Shown piece by piece: positions 27,046 through 39,734 of a DNA stretch of 64,000 nucleotides. The stretch is taken from assembly GCA_002269645.1 (NCBI GenBank), contig NIVC01000620.1, positions 124,001 to 188,000 on the forward strand. The letters run 5' to 3'. The stretch's first letter is position 1; each line of letters starts with the position of its first letter. The position numbers and the translations under genes were made by a program. The notes below the pieces were generated by a model. It was not told the origin of the DNA, ran no database searches, and saw only the letters and a program-made list of their open reading frames with translations. The DNA is from Macrostomum lignano. Its lineage: Eukaryota.

Positions 27046-27339
27046 TTGCATGCTAGCTATCTGGGGGATGCTTGCTATCTGGGGGATGCTTGCTATCTAG
27101 GGTTGCGTGCTATCTGGGGGATGCTTGCAGTCTGGGGGATGCTTGCTATCTGGGGGATGCTTGCTATTTGGGGATCGATGCTTGAATGCTTTCTGGGGAT
27201 GCTTGCTGTCTTAGGATGTTTTGTTTTTAGAGGAAATGTATGTTGTTTTTATGAAGGCTTTATTTTACTGTCTATTTGTTACTTGTAAAGAACAAATATT
27301 CTATCCAGATGTCCCCCATTGGGGGGCGATGATTGCTAG
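27046..27339 (+). mobile_element. 3' fragment of the Helitron A family (short 18-bp array, hairpin, CTAG)
   Basis: Homologous to the reverse complement of ~8366-8600. Ends GTCCCCCATTGGGGGGCGATGATTGCTAG|T. Confidence 0.8.
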
Positions 27340-28048
27340 TTTATTGCTAAAATCGTAAATCATAGTACAAGCCAGTACAGGCACTGCACACGCAGGTGTG
27401 AAAGCCTAGATAAATAGAACAGATCGCAGATTTAATAATACTGTATTATAGCGATTAGCGTTAACCTGAAAGTCAAAGACTGGACTGGCGCCTCTAGACT
27501 CAGGGCGTCAACCTCTAGTCGAGAAATATCATTTCCAACATTGCCCACCAATGACCTAAATTTCGACCTTAGGAAATTTTCGACTTGATATTGCTCTTAG
27601 ACAAGTTAGGTAGCCGCTCAGAGCCCAAGTTGGCTCCCAAAAGAAAATCTCGGGGGACTCAACTGGAATCTATACTCCACAAATGCAGATTCTCGCATAT
27701 GACAGGATCGCATGACCAGACTCACCTAGGCTCCTGAGCGTGATGAGAGACGATGATACTCCGCTCACACTGTGATAGTACAACCCAGTACAGGCAACCA
27801 GTACAGTATAGTGCAACCCAGTCAAGTGGAAAATGGCAAGACAGTTTTAGCAAGAATAAAAACAGAAAAACAGTGACGAACGTGAGCATGTGTATATTTT
27901 CTTTCCCTCCTCCTTTTTCATCCGGGCTGGGGACCGGCAATGCGGAGTTAAAAGAGTTGACTAAACGCAAGAATCACGAATTTGGTGGCCCTGAAAAAGG
28001 GCCGTTTTAACGTTCAGAAGGGATCACGTTTTTACGGCAGCCCCAAAG

Positions 28049-31000
28049 CGTAACGATGGGGCTGCACGTGACTGTCAAGCTGCTGCTGAGCTGCTCGCTG
28101 ACATCCGCTGCTGGCATTGCTGGGCTTCTGGACTCGGAGTCTGAGGGCATGGCTAATTTGAGATGTGCCAAGAGATCGATCTGAATCTTATAAGTCTTAT
28201 AAGATTAATGTAATATAAGAACTGCCAAATGCGTGAGCATATATATTTATAGTAAGGTGTGTTAAGCAGACAGACTTAAATCTGCGTCCCACGCCGTAAC
28301 GATGGGGCTGCACGTGACTGTCAAGCTGCTGCTGAGCTGCTCGCTGACATCGTCCGCTGCTGGCATTGCTGGGCTTCTGGACTCGGAGTCTGAAAGCATG
28401 GCTAATTTGAGATGTGCCAAGAGATCGATCTGAATCTTATAAGTCTTATAAGATTAATGTAATATAAGAACTGCCAAATGCGTGAGCATATATATTTATA
28501 GTAAGGTGTGTTAAGCAGACAGACTTAAATCTGCGTCCCACGCCGTAACGATGGGGCTGCACGTGACTGTCAAGCTGCTGCTGAGCTGCTCGCTGACATC
28601 CGCTGCTGGCATTGCTGGGCTTCTGGACTCGGAGTCTGAGGGCATGGCTAATTTGAGATGTGCCAAGAGATCGATCTGAATCTTATAAGTCTTATAAGAT
28701 TAATGTAATATAAGAACTGCCAAATGCGTGAGCATATATATTTATAGTAAGGTGTGTTAAGCAGACAGACTTAACTCTGCGTCCCACGCCGTAACGATGG
28801 GGCTGCACGTGACTGTCAAGCTGCTGCTGAGCTGTTGTTGTTGTTGTTGTTAGTTGGCCCAAACGCGCCCAGGATCCATGCAGAACCTGGCCAGCGCGAC
28901 CAAACCATCAGGGTAATCGGACAAGTTGCTGAGGGAGAGCGGAGCTCCAATGAAGCGACGGCGGGCGGCCTCGAGAGCAGGGCACGCTGTCCAGTGCTCA
29001 AGGGTGTCTGGTTCGAGGAAGCACCTTTGGCACGTCGGATCCACCGTGGGGTCCATGAGGGCGCGGAAGGCTCCGAAGAGGCTGGAGTGGCCGGAGCGCA
29101 GCCGGGCAAGAAGGACAGCGTCTTTGCGGTTAGTAATAAGCCGACGTTCCTTTTCGGCGTCGGCGGAGGCATAGGTGAGACGAGATCTCGCGTGGGTGAC
29201 CGGCTTGTCAACCAGAGTGCGGCGGATCACCGAGGCGGCAGTGGGAAAACTGATGCTGGGGCGCGGTGCTTCATCGGCGTTGGCGGCAGCGGAGTTAGCA
29301 GCGCGGTCCGCGAGTTCATTGCCCGGAATGCCGACATGACCCGGGACCCACAGGAGAGCGCGGCAGTTGTGCGGGAAGCGGAGGGAAGAGGCCAGGCGGC
29401 TGAAGGGACGCTGAAGGGCGCGCAGAAGAGACTGACTGTCAGAGCAGATGATGGCAGGGCGCGTGGGGTGCGAGCGGAGGTAGTCGAGGGCTAGGACCAG
29501 AGCGCGGAGTTCCTCTTCAAAGGAGCTGGTGTAGCGGCTGCCAGCGGACGTGCGGGCTTCCACGGTCGTCGGGACTGCCGGGTCTCCGATGGTGACCACA
29601 GCGGCCGCCCCGCCAGCCTCGGAGCCGCCGGCCGCCGAACCATCGCAGTAAATGACGAGCTCAGCCGGGTGAGACCGGATGACGTCGAGAGCGGCAAGAC
29701 AGCGCTCCAACGGGGCGTGGTGGCCGGAGGCAAAGGATTGTCAGCTAGGATCGCCGGAAGATGTTGGTCCAGCCAGGGGCATGGGAAGGCCGGTGTGAGC
29801 GGCAGACGCGGCGTGAGATCAATGCCAAGGCCATTGGCAAGCTGAGCCGAGCGGAGTCTCCAGCTACTGCGGGCGAGCCGGTGTTGCACGGTGCCCGAGA
29901 GGGCGATGGCGCGAGGATGGTCGTTGGGCAGCCTGAGCGCGCGTTCCCTGGCGATGAGGCAAAGGCGGTCGCTGGTGTTCCTGTAGCTGCCGATGCCGGC
30001 CTCCAGGTGCACAGCGTCAAGCGGCGCCGAGCGGTGCAAGCCCGTGACGATTCTGAGGGCCTGGTTTTGCGCGCGCTCAAGGCGCTCGAAGGAGGTGCTG
30101 GAAAGCCAAGGTTGCCAAGCCGGGGCCGCGTAGTTAAGAAGGCTCTGCTGCATAGCCAGGTAGACGCCGCGAAGGCGCTCCTTGCGCCAACCCCAGTCCC
30201 GAGCCGCGAGGCAGGACAGCATGCGGCAGCGGGACAGGACTCTGCTGCAGATGTCGTTGACGTGCGCGTTAAAGCTGAGCGTACGGTCCAGGGTAATGCC
30301 TAGGAGTCTAGGAGTGCTGCAGTGCCGAACTTGGGAATGCCCGATGAAGAGCGAGGGGCTCCAGCTCGCTTCGCTGGGGTCGGTAGAAAAGAAGGCGATT
30401 TCACTCTTGTCAGCGTTGAGCACCATCTTGTTGGAGGAGCTCCAGGCGGTAACAGCGTTGAGGGCGGCCTGAAGGCGGGAGGCGGCCGTGAGCTTGTTGC
30501 GGTGCCTGCATCTGAGAGAGATGTCGTCAGCGTATAACGTGATGCCAACATCCTCAGGGATAACGGAGACGACAGGGTCAATGAAAAGCGTAAATAGCAG
30601 CGGTCCCAAGACGGATCCCTGCGGAAGGCCTTGGCGCATCGGCTTGGACTTGCTGAGGGACCCGTTGAAGGAAACCCGAGCGCGGCGGTCGCTGAGGAAG
30701 GACGAAATCCAGCGAATGTAAGCAAGCGGGACACCTTTATCAGCGAGGATGGTGATAAGCTTCTCGCGCCACACTTTGTCGAACGCCTTAGAGTAGTCCA
30801 GGAGGGCGAGGATGGTCCTTTCGGCCGGTTTGAGTTGGAAGCCGTCGCTAATGTCCTGCACAACTCTGAGTAACAGGTCCTCGCACGAGTACATCGCACG
30901 GAAGCCAGCCTGGGCCGGCGAGATCCAGCCACGAGAGTTGGCGAGGTGTCTCAGTCTGGTGTCGATGATTCGCTCCAGAAGTTTAACGGCACAGGAGGTG

Positions 31001-33491
31001 AGGCTCACTGGGCGGAAACTGGAGATCTCTCTGGCCGACTTGCCGGCTTTAAGAAGCGGGATGATAATGGCGCAACGCCAGATGTGGCCCAGGGATCCGG
31101 TGTGCAGCGACATGTTGAAGATAAACAGCAACTCTAAGAGGGCTGCGTCCCCCAGGTGTTGCAACATGCGCGGGGAAATGTCGTCCGGGCCGGCGGCGCC
31201 GTTAGTCTTCTGATGAGCAATCGCTCCGCGAAGCTCCTCCATGGTGATGGGTGGGGTCTCCGCGGTAGCCGGCGGATTCCCATAGGAGTCGAGCGCCTCC
31301 TGGCGCGGTCATGGGGGGTGCCTCTTCGCGGCGACCCGGACGTAGCGCCAAACCCTCTTTCCATAGGTCACCTCACTATCACCTGGCTGCTGAGCTGCTC
31401 GCTGACATCCGCTGCTGGCATTGCTGGGCTTCTGGACTCGGAGTCTGAGGGCATGGCTAATTTGAGATGTGCCAAGAGATCGATCTGAATCTTATAAGTC
31501 TTATAAGATTAATGTAATATAAGAACTGCCAAATGCGTGAGCATATATATTTATAGTAAGGTGTGTTAAGCAGACAGACTTAACTCTGCGTCCCACGCCG
31601 TAACGATGGGGCTGCACGTGACTGTCAAGCTGCTGCTGAGCTGCTCGCTGACATCCGCTGCTGGCATTGCTGGGCTTCTGGACTCGGAGTCTGAGGGCAT
31701 AGCTGATTTGAGATGTGCCAAGAGATCGATCTGAATCTTATAAGTCTTATAAGATTAATGTAATATAAGAACTGCCAAATGCGTGAGCATATATATTTAT
31801 AGTAAGGTGTGTTAAGCAGACAGACTTAACTCTGCGTCCCACGCCGTAACGATGGGGCTGCACGTGACTGTCAAGCTGCTGCTGTGCTGCTCGCTGACAT
31901 CGTCCGCTGCTGGCATTGCTGGGCTTCTGGACTCGGAGTCTGAGGGCATAGCTGATTTGAGATGTGCCAAGAGATCGATCTGAATCTTATAAGTCTTATA
32001 AGATTAGTGTAATATAAGAACTGCCAAATGCGTGGGCATATATATGTATAGTAAGGTGTGTTAAGCAGACAGACTTAACTCTGCGTCCCACGCCGTAACG
32101 ATGGGGCTGCACGTGACTGTCAAGCTGCTGCTGAGCTGCTCGCTGACATCCGCTGCTGGCATTGCTGGGCTTCTGGACTCGGAGTCTGAGGGCATGGCTA
32201 ATTTGAGATGTGCCAAGAGATCGATCTGAATCTTATAAGTCTTATAAGATTAGTGTAATATAAGAACTGCCAAATGCGTGGGCATATATATTTATAGTAA
32301 GGTGTGTTAAGCAGACAGACTTAACTCTGCGTCCCACGCCGTAACGATGGGGCTGCACGTGACTGTCAAGCTGCTGCTGTGCTGCTCGCTGACATCCGCT
32401 GCTGGCATTGCTGGGCTTCTGGACTCGGAGTCTGAGGGCATAGCTGATTTGAGATGTGCCAAGAGATCGATCTGAATCTTATAAGTCTTATAAGATTAAT
32501 GTAATATAAGAACTGCCAAATGCGTGAGCATATATATTTATAGTAAGGTGTGTTAAGCAGACAGACTTAACTCTGCGTCCCACGCCGTAACGATGGGGCT
32601 GCACGTGACTGTCAAGCTGCTGCTGTGCTGCTCGCTGACATCGTCCGCTGCTGGCATTGCTGGGCTTCTGGACTCGGAGTCTGAGGGCATGGCTGATTTG
32701 AGATGTGCCAAGAGATCGATCTGAATCTTATAAGTCTTATAAGATTAGTGTAATATAAGAACTGCCAAATGCGTGGGCATATATATGTATAGTAAGGTGT
32801 GTTAAGCAGACAGACTTAACTCTGCGTCCCACGCCGTAACGATGGGGCTGCACGTGACTGTCAAGCTGCTGCTGAGCTGCTCGCTGACATCCGCTGCTGG
32901 CATTGCTGGGCTTCTGGACTCGGAGTCTGAGGGCATAGCTGATTTGAGATGTGCCAAGAGATCGATCTGAATCTTATAAGTCTTATAAGATTAATGTAAT
33001 ATAAGAACTGCCAAATGCGTGAGCATATATATTTATAGTAAGGTGTGTTAAGCAGACAGACTTAACTCTGCGTCCCACGCCGTAACGATGGGGCTGCACG
33101 TGACTGTCAAGCTGCTGCTGTGCTGCTCGCTGACATCGTCCGCTGCTGGCATTGCTGGGCTTCTGGACTCGGAGTCTGAGGGCATAGCTGATTTGAGATG
33201 TGCCAAGAGATCGATCTGAATCTTATAAGTCTTATAAGATTAGTGTAATATAAGAACTGCCAAATGCGTGGGCATATATATGTATAGTAAGGTGTGTTAA
33301 GCAGACAGACTTAACTCTGCGTCCCACGCCGTAACGATGGGGCTGCACGTGACTGTCGAGCTGCTGCTGCTGTGCTGCTCGCTGACATCGTCCGCTGCTG
33401 GCATTGCTGGGCATCTGGACTCGGAGTCTGAGGGCATGGCTGATTTGAGATGTGCCAAGAGATCGATCTGAATCTTATAAGTCTTATAAGA
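28049..33491. repeat. 246/249-bp tandem satellite (12 unit starts), split by a LINE insertion
   Basis: Unit starts (CGTAACGATGGGG) at 28049, 28295, 28544, 28790, 31599, 31845, 32094, 32340, 32586, 32835, 33081 and 33330. Confidence 0.97.
28835..31385 (-). mobile_element. 5'-truncated I-group (I/Nimb/Ingi-like) LINE: RT + RNase H + CCHC, (AAC)n tail
   Basis: RT motifs GPDDIS, FRPVSLTS, QAGFR, LDYSKAFD, GLPQGSVLGP and YADD. RNase H motifs IYCDGS, EEELRAL, SDSQS and WVPGHVGIPGNELAD. C-terminal CQRC...H...C. One frameshift near 29710-29745. 12-bp TSD GCTGCTGAGCTG (28823-34, 31386-97). No endonuclease domain. Confidence 0.95.
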
Positions 33492-34222
33492 TAAGACCAG
33501 AGTGGCGAAGAGAATAGAATAGAAAAACATGTTTTTGAACATGTCATTTTAAAACAAAAAATGCAATTATCGGATGTTAAAGACTGTTTTAATTAGTTTT
33601 GATTGACTTCATATTTTAGGAATTTCAGTTTTCTGCTGTTGGGAAGAGAAATAAGGGCCATCCAATTTGAAATTGAAACCTTTGCTAAATAAGAACCACA
33701 TTTGTACATTTAAATATTCTGAAATATTTCAGCACCTTAATATCCCATCGCGATTCCAAATCCCCATTCCCAGAGAGTTGAGGAATCAGACAGACGTATG
33801 GGAGCGTATATAAGGTTCTGCCAACTGTGTGTACTAAGTATAGATTTTTACATATAGATATTTCAGATATAGATAACATTAAGTTTTTTCAGACTGCCAT
33901 GCAGCTTATTCAATAATATACAAACAAAAATCATAAGGCTCATGAAGTCATGCTTAGACTACTGTTTGTTTAAAAAAACTAGTCAAAATTTCTTGAATTT
34001 CACCTTGAACTTTATCTACAATGTAAAAATAAGCAAAAATTATCATCTTTAGCATGTTAATTTTGCAGCATTTATAAAGCTTTTAATCATAACATAAGTT
34101 TAACTTATTAATTTCATTTATAATATATATGCTATAATTCATGTATAGCTAACTTGCATAAAAATCCAAACTTTCTACTTTCTGAGCTGGCTGACACATT
34201 CACTTGTACCATCAAGCTGAAC

Positions 34223-34507
34223 CAGGGGCAGGGGTAGATTTAGGGGGGGGGGGCAAGGCGCCCCCCCCAAAATAGCTTGACCGAACATATCCCCCCCCCC
34301 AAAAAACCTAAACGTGTGGCCTCTAAATGTGCTTTTTTGCCCCTTATATGCATTTTTTGCGCCCCTAAGCTTGATTCTTCGCCCCTACATGCATTTTTTG
34401 CACTTCATAGCTTAAAAATTGGCGCCCCTTACACTCGTGTTGGCACCCCAAACTTGGACTGCCTTTCCACCCCCCCTCCCCCAAATGAAACTCTGGATCC
34501 GCCACTG
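34223..34507. mobile_element. hAT-like MITE (285 bp)
   Basis: CAGGGG...GATCCGCCACTG ends and exact 8-bp TSD AGCTGAAC. Confidence 0.85.
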
Positions 34508-36689
34508 AGCTGAACCCTAAGCATAAAACCCCCTCCTTGGAATTCAGCATCTGTGCTTGAATTGATGTGCTTGAAAGTGTCACAATGTTTATTTCATATC
34601 TTCAATTTCAAAATGACTTTCAAGTCAAGACATTTATATTAATATTAGTTTCCAATTCTAATTGCATAGCTGTACTACATCTATGACTATGTAGCTTAGC
34701 TAGCAAATTTTTACTTGGGCCTATAAGAATAAGTAGAATATAATGCCTAATGGGTATTCTATAAGGCTAATAAGACATAAGAGTATAGAGGGTTTTAGGA
34801 TAACAACATTCAGACAAGCAGAATTATTATAGGTAGCTAATCTTAAGTCATTTATATTTTAAAAGGACTGCCCCTATTCCAATTAATTGCATTTGCAGTT
34901 GTACTATTACTATGTAGCTTAACTAGTGGCTACTAGCTTGCCTGCATGGTAGCTGGCAATGGCAATTGGCTGGGACTAGGGCCTTTTCTTTATATCTGCA
35001 AATTAGCATGAAGAAACCTACATTAAAAATTATTGTTGTTTAATAATATTTAACCCCATATACTGATATACATACACCATGTACACTTAGTCTAAATGTT
35101 ATTTGAATTTTCATTGTTTTATGGCAATTGTTATTTGTCCGATGACTGGACGAATAGCGACATGGTTATTCATCCGGTTACCAGACAAATAGCCATTTTG
35201 TTATTCGTCCAGTTAAATATATATTACTAGTACTATCTACTTGTAGGGAATATGTCTGGTTTTTAACAGCTTCTTACTCGTATCTTGAATAATATATTGT
35301 TATACTAGTGTCCAGTCAAGTTGCTAATATAAGTTTTTCTTCTTTAAAGTATTTGTTAAGTAATTAATATTCTGCATTTTTAGAACCTTTTTTCGTATCT
35401 CAGTTAATATTTTGTTTATACTGATAGCTATTAGAAAATGTTAATAAACATTTACAAAATTAAAATACAAAATTGTAAATTAAGCATTGCCATCATTATA
35501 AATGGCAATGGCAATGATGTCTATAAGATGTTCTAGTTATAGTTAGGCTTCTATAATCATATGAATACAGTTACTGCCATTTACATTGTGACAGCTAGAG
35601 AACTAGTTTTAATGCTAGAACTAGTTATTACCAGTGGCTGTGTCATATTTAACAGGTTATAACTGTTATAATATAGCTCATATGATTAAATACTTATAGC
35701 CAGTTATAGGCCTAGTCATGCAGCTCAGCAGCTGCAAGCAAAGAGCTGCAAAGATGGTTATGGCTAGAGTTCCAGCACCAGAACTAGTCCCTAACAGCTG
35801 TGTAACTGACACTGCTGGATCTTATATCTAGGGTAATAATATAGCCATAAGAAAACTGGCTACTGGCTTTGCTGCCAGAACTCTAGCTAGTGTAGTAGGC
35901 CGGTCTACCACTGGGGCTTCGGCAACAGTTGGCGACGCGCGGAACGCCTTCATCCGGCGGACGATTCTTTGACGTCATTTCGGCTCCCCCGGTTGAACTG
36001 TCTTCTCCCCCCGTTGTTCCCACCTCCGGTCCATCGGTTGCCCCTTCCCTTGGTCCCGCTTTGTTTTGCCGATTTCCACCCGGGTTTGTCCACTTTTCCC
36101 ACCGGTGTTCCCCCCTGTGTCCCCCCTGGTGTCCCCCTGATTGTTTTTTTGCGTTCTTTTGGTATTTAATCTTTGGCGTAGCTTTAGTTTGTCAACCTCC
36201 CCTTTTCTTCTTTTCTTCTTGGTTGTTTTTCGTAGGAAACACAGGTAACACAAAAAACAACACAGAAAACAACAGGAAACACAAGGGGGAAGTAGCCGAG
36301 TGAACCGAGCGTTGCCGCGTCTGGAGTCCAAGCGGGCCAAAAACACCGGTTTAAATAGACGCCAACTGGACTACAGTTTGTTATAATGGAACACGTCGAT
36401 TCTGATTGGCTGAGCCGTTTTGTTAGAATGAGCGCCGAATTTTCCCATTGGCTGAGCTAGTTGCCACCCAAAATCATGTGACCGGGAGATCCTATCAGTT
36501 CCCACAGGGTCATAAAAAGATGACAGGTGCGGCCGTAAATCAATCAAAATCGCAACAAAATGATTTATGACTTTTCGCGTAGGATTGACAGAATGAAAAA
36601 CAGAATAAATGAAAAAATATACATTAGAAAGCTCTTATTAAATAGAAAGTGAAGATAATGAAGAGAAATCGCTAATCCCAAAGTACTTT

Positions 36690-36915
36690 TAGCTGTCAAA
36701 GCTGTAACACGCTTGAGTGAACCCGAACAATAGGATCTGACCTCATAAATCTGATGGCCTGTCAAAAATGATGAGAATAAAGCTACTATTCGCATCCCCT
36801 CAGACCATCTGGCGCCAGCATCAACACTGAGTGAGGCGCAGGTGGCTGTCAGACCAGCTTCGAAAGCGATAATTTATGACCCAAAAGCTGCGCCTATGTT
36901 ATTATGACTACTAGT
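36690..36915. repeat. ~226-bp dispersed repeat, copy 1 (copy 2 at 49299-49525)
   Basis: Near-identical direct repeat of 49299-49525. Confidence 0.95.
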
Positions 36916-37225
36916 GAATGAAGACGCTGTCGTCTTCAAAGGTGGGACGATGGTTTATTGGCTTATTATCTTTTATGGCTATGACGTATGAAGAACTAAG
37001 AAGCTTAGTAGGCTATGATTATAATTTAATTTAAACAAAGTTCATGCATAACTGTGTAACTGTGTAGTCTTATAATAAGCAGTGATCCGTTGATACACCT
37101 TAATAAGGGTAAATACTTTTCATTAACACTACCGACCTGCCGTTAAGTGTTTATAAACAATTAACTAATTTGCATTAATAATTTTGGCGTCATAACGGAA
37201 TTTAATATTTTCAATATAGCACTGC

Positions 37226-38060
37226 CTATTGCACAAGGCACCTACCCCCAGCTCCAGCCCCAGCCCTAGTCCCAGAATCACCATGAGCAGAAGCAGCAGC
37301 AGCAAACGTCGAGACGGCAGGAGCAGACGCAGCTGGAGTAGTTGCCGCACGTGCAGCTGCCGCACGTGCTGCTGCCACACGGGCAATCGCCGCATGTGCT
37401 GCTGCCGCACGGGCAGTGGCCGAACGAGCAGCCGCTGCACGTGCAGTATCAGCTGCAGCAGTAGCAGCTGCAGCAGGAGCAGCTGTAACAGAGGCCTAAA
37501 TTAAATTAAATATTAATTTAATTATCATTTTCAGTTAGTCACAAATTTTGTGTGCTTAAAATTAAAACGCAAGCTTTTGCAGCTATAACGTCTTTAAAGG
37601 ATTTAGTAATTAATGAGAGTAATCAAATACATTTGCACATGGACTTACGGTGCGCCGCATTAATTTACATTTTTGGGCAAAGTGCCCGAGAACTTTACAT
37701 CGATAGCATCCTACAAATTTATAATTAGGAAAAAAGGTTGCTTGCGTTAACTAAGATAATGTAGAAATATGCAATAATTTTAACAACAAATTTATGTTTT
37801 AGACTGCTAAAATTGAAAATTTAGTGTAAGCTTTACTCACGATAACTTCTGTCGCCACCACCGCGGGGGCCACCGCCGCTATTGCCGCCACCGCCGCGGG
37901 GGCCACCGCCGCCATGGCCGCCACCGCCGCGGGGGCCACCACCGCCGCCACCGTCGCCATGGCCGCCACCGTCGCCACCGCTGCCATGGCCGCCACCGCC
38001 GCCATGGCCGCCACCGGCAGGGCCGCCATCGCGGCCGAAATAAAAGTAAAAATTTGACAT
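37226..38060 (-). CDS. Three-exon Gly-rich / CCHC zinc-knuckle / Ala-rich protein (~183 aa) ending in CLVQ*
   Basis: Exons 38060-37841, 37710-37649 and 37495-37226 have GT-AG introns (GTGAGT, GTAAGT donors) with matching phases 1 and 0. The spliced frame reads MSNFYFYFGRDGG...(GGGH/GPRG)n...SYR CYRCKVLGHFAQKC KLMRRT ASVTAAPAAAA...GAGAGGRCLVQ*. Confidence 0.8.
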
Positions 38061-39734
38061 CTGAAAGCAGAAAATACTAACCAAATGACTAATCATCATC
38101 ATTCAGTTATACTAAAAATAAAACTATCTACTAATCGATGTATCTATCTATACGAATTTTGGCTTAACTTGACAATGTGTGAACCGATTTTCTTCAAACA
38201 TGCACTATTAGATCAGAAAATTTTTCGTGAGAGTAAATTTATCGTGGCTAAGAAATTGGTCAATGCTAAAACGATAAAAAGCTAAAAAGAAAAACTACTT
38301 TTCTGCAAAGGTCAAGTAGCCCTTTCCACGACAAATGCATTGCAAGAATTATATAAAATTCTCACTGAATTCTGATTCTGACAAACATTGAATCATACTA
38401 AGCATTTTATCCATATAGGTGTCTAAAAAGTATAAAAAAACATTTCACACACAAAAATCTCAAAAGACCGAGACCTAGTAAAACTAGGTCTTGTATAATC
38501 TAGCATAACGAATTTTGAAGGAATAATATATAAGTTTTATTCGTTTATGTGGTCTACTTAGTTAATTAAATTAGTGAATCGAAAAATTATTTAACTTGCT
38601 TTTACTTTACAATACCTAAATTGTCAAAGTGTGTATATAGTCGAATAGTGGTAATAAAATTCAATCAAAAGTCATTAATTACACTTGCGTCGTTCCAATT
38701 CTGTTGCCAAAACTAAGAGACAAGAGTTTTAACATGATATTCCACAGAACATAAGAATTATTATAGACTCTTGACTTCTAAAGAACGGCTTAACACCCGC
38801 AGGCTCGTGAAGCCATTGGATACGACTTTGCAGTAAATCAGATGATCACGTTGCATGCCTGGATAAGGCAGGGCAACTTTGCGGGATAAGTCCATAATTA
38901 GACACAGTTGTAATCATAAATCAAAGATTGGTTCATAAAGCAGCTATTTAAAATATTTTTTTCAAATAAAAGACTGTCTAAAACTCAAAGCGTCGTGCAT
39001 CGAATAGCTAGCTAATCGGTAGAAGAGGATGTTTTATCCATCTTAAATATTTCAAAAGTAAAATAGCTTTCGTTGGAAAGGCTAAATATTATTTCTTAAA
39101 TCAATATCAAGGCAATGCCAAACGATGCCGCTCACACTTTGACGGACCTTTACTGCAAATTTTGCGGGCGATGTTACGTGCAGCCAATTCACCACTAGAT
39201 TAATATCGATTGCACGCTTAAAGCGAATGGGCAGCACACTTTTCTGCATGCTGAATACAACAGTATACAGTGCTGCTGCGCAAGTGCAACCACCTACACA
39301 GTAGACCGCCAATGAACTCATTCTAATGAGCCACGGCAATTTGTTTCCTACCTAGGCCATAGGCCGTCGCAATATTGCAGTGCCTGCTATGCACAAACTA
39401 AGGCCGACATAAAAGTTCTGGTATTTAAACCATAAATCGATTGCCCACCTTCTAATGTGAACGAGTAGCACACAATAAGGTGCTACCCGAAGGCAACCAC
39501 GTGCGTAGCAAGCCGCCATAGTACTCATACCTAATGAGTCTAGGCAAAGAGTCGAGAGTCGTATCACCGCAGTACTGCATTGCCTACTGTGCACTAATAT
39601 AAACTTTATGAAATTCGATCGCCCACCTTCTAAGGCGCATGAGTGACACGCATCTTGCAACTGGATAACGTTTGAATAGTGTCACATTATCCGTAGGCAA
39701 AACGCAATAGAGTTGTATCACACAATTGCACATA

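Noticed and set aside
28835-31213. Plus-strand and alternate-frame ORFs of 100-220 aa over the LINE
   Set aside because: Antisense shadows of a GC-rich RT/RNase H sequence.
28049-33491. Hammerhead ribozyme in the satellite unit (as in newt or schistosome satellites)
   Set aside because: No CUGANGA...GAAA core was found on either strand of the unit.
33297-33542. Signal-peptide-like ORF MFKNMFFYSILFATLVLS... entering the satellite
   Set aside because: It is formed by the junction of unique AT-rich flank and the last repeat unit, with no consistent splice phases to link units. It is kept only as a caveat in the satellite finding.
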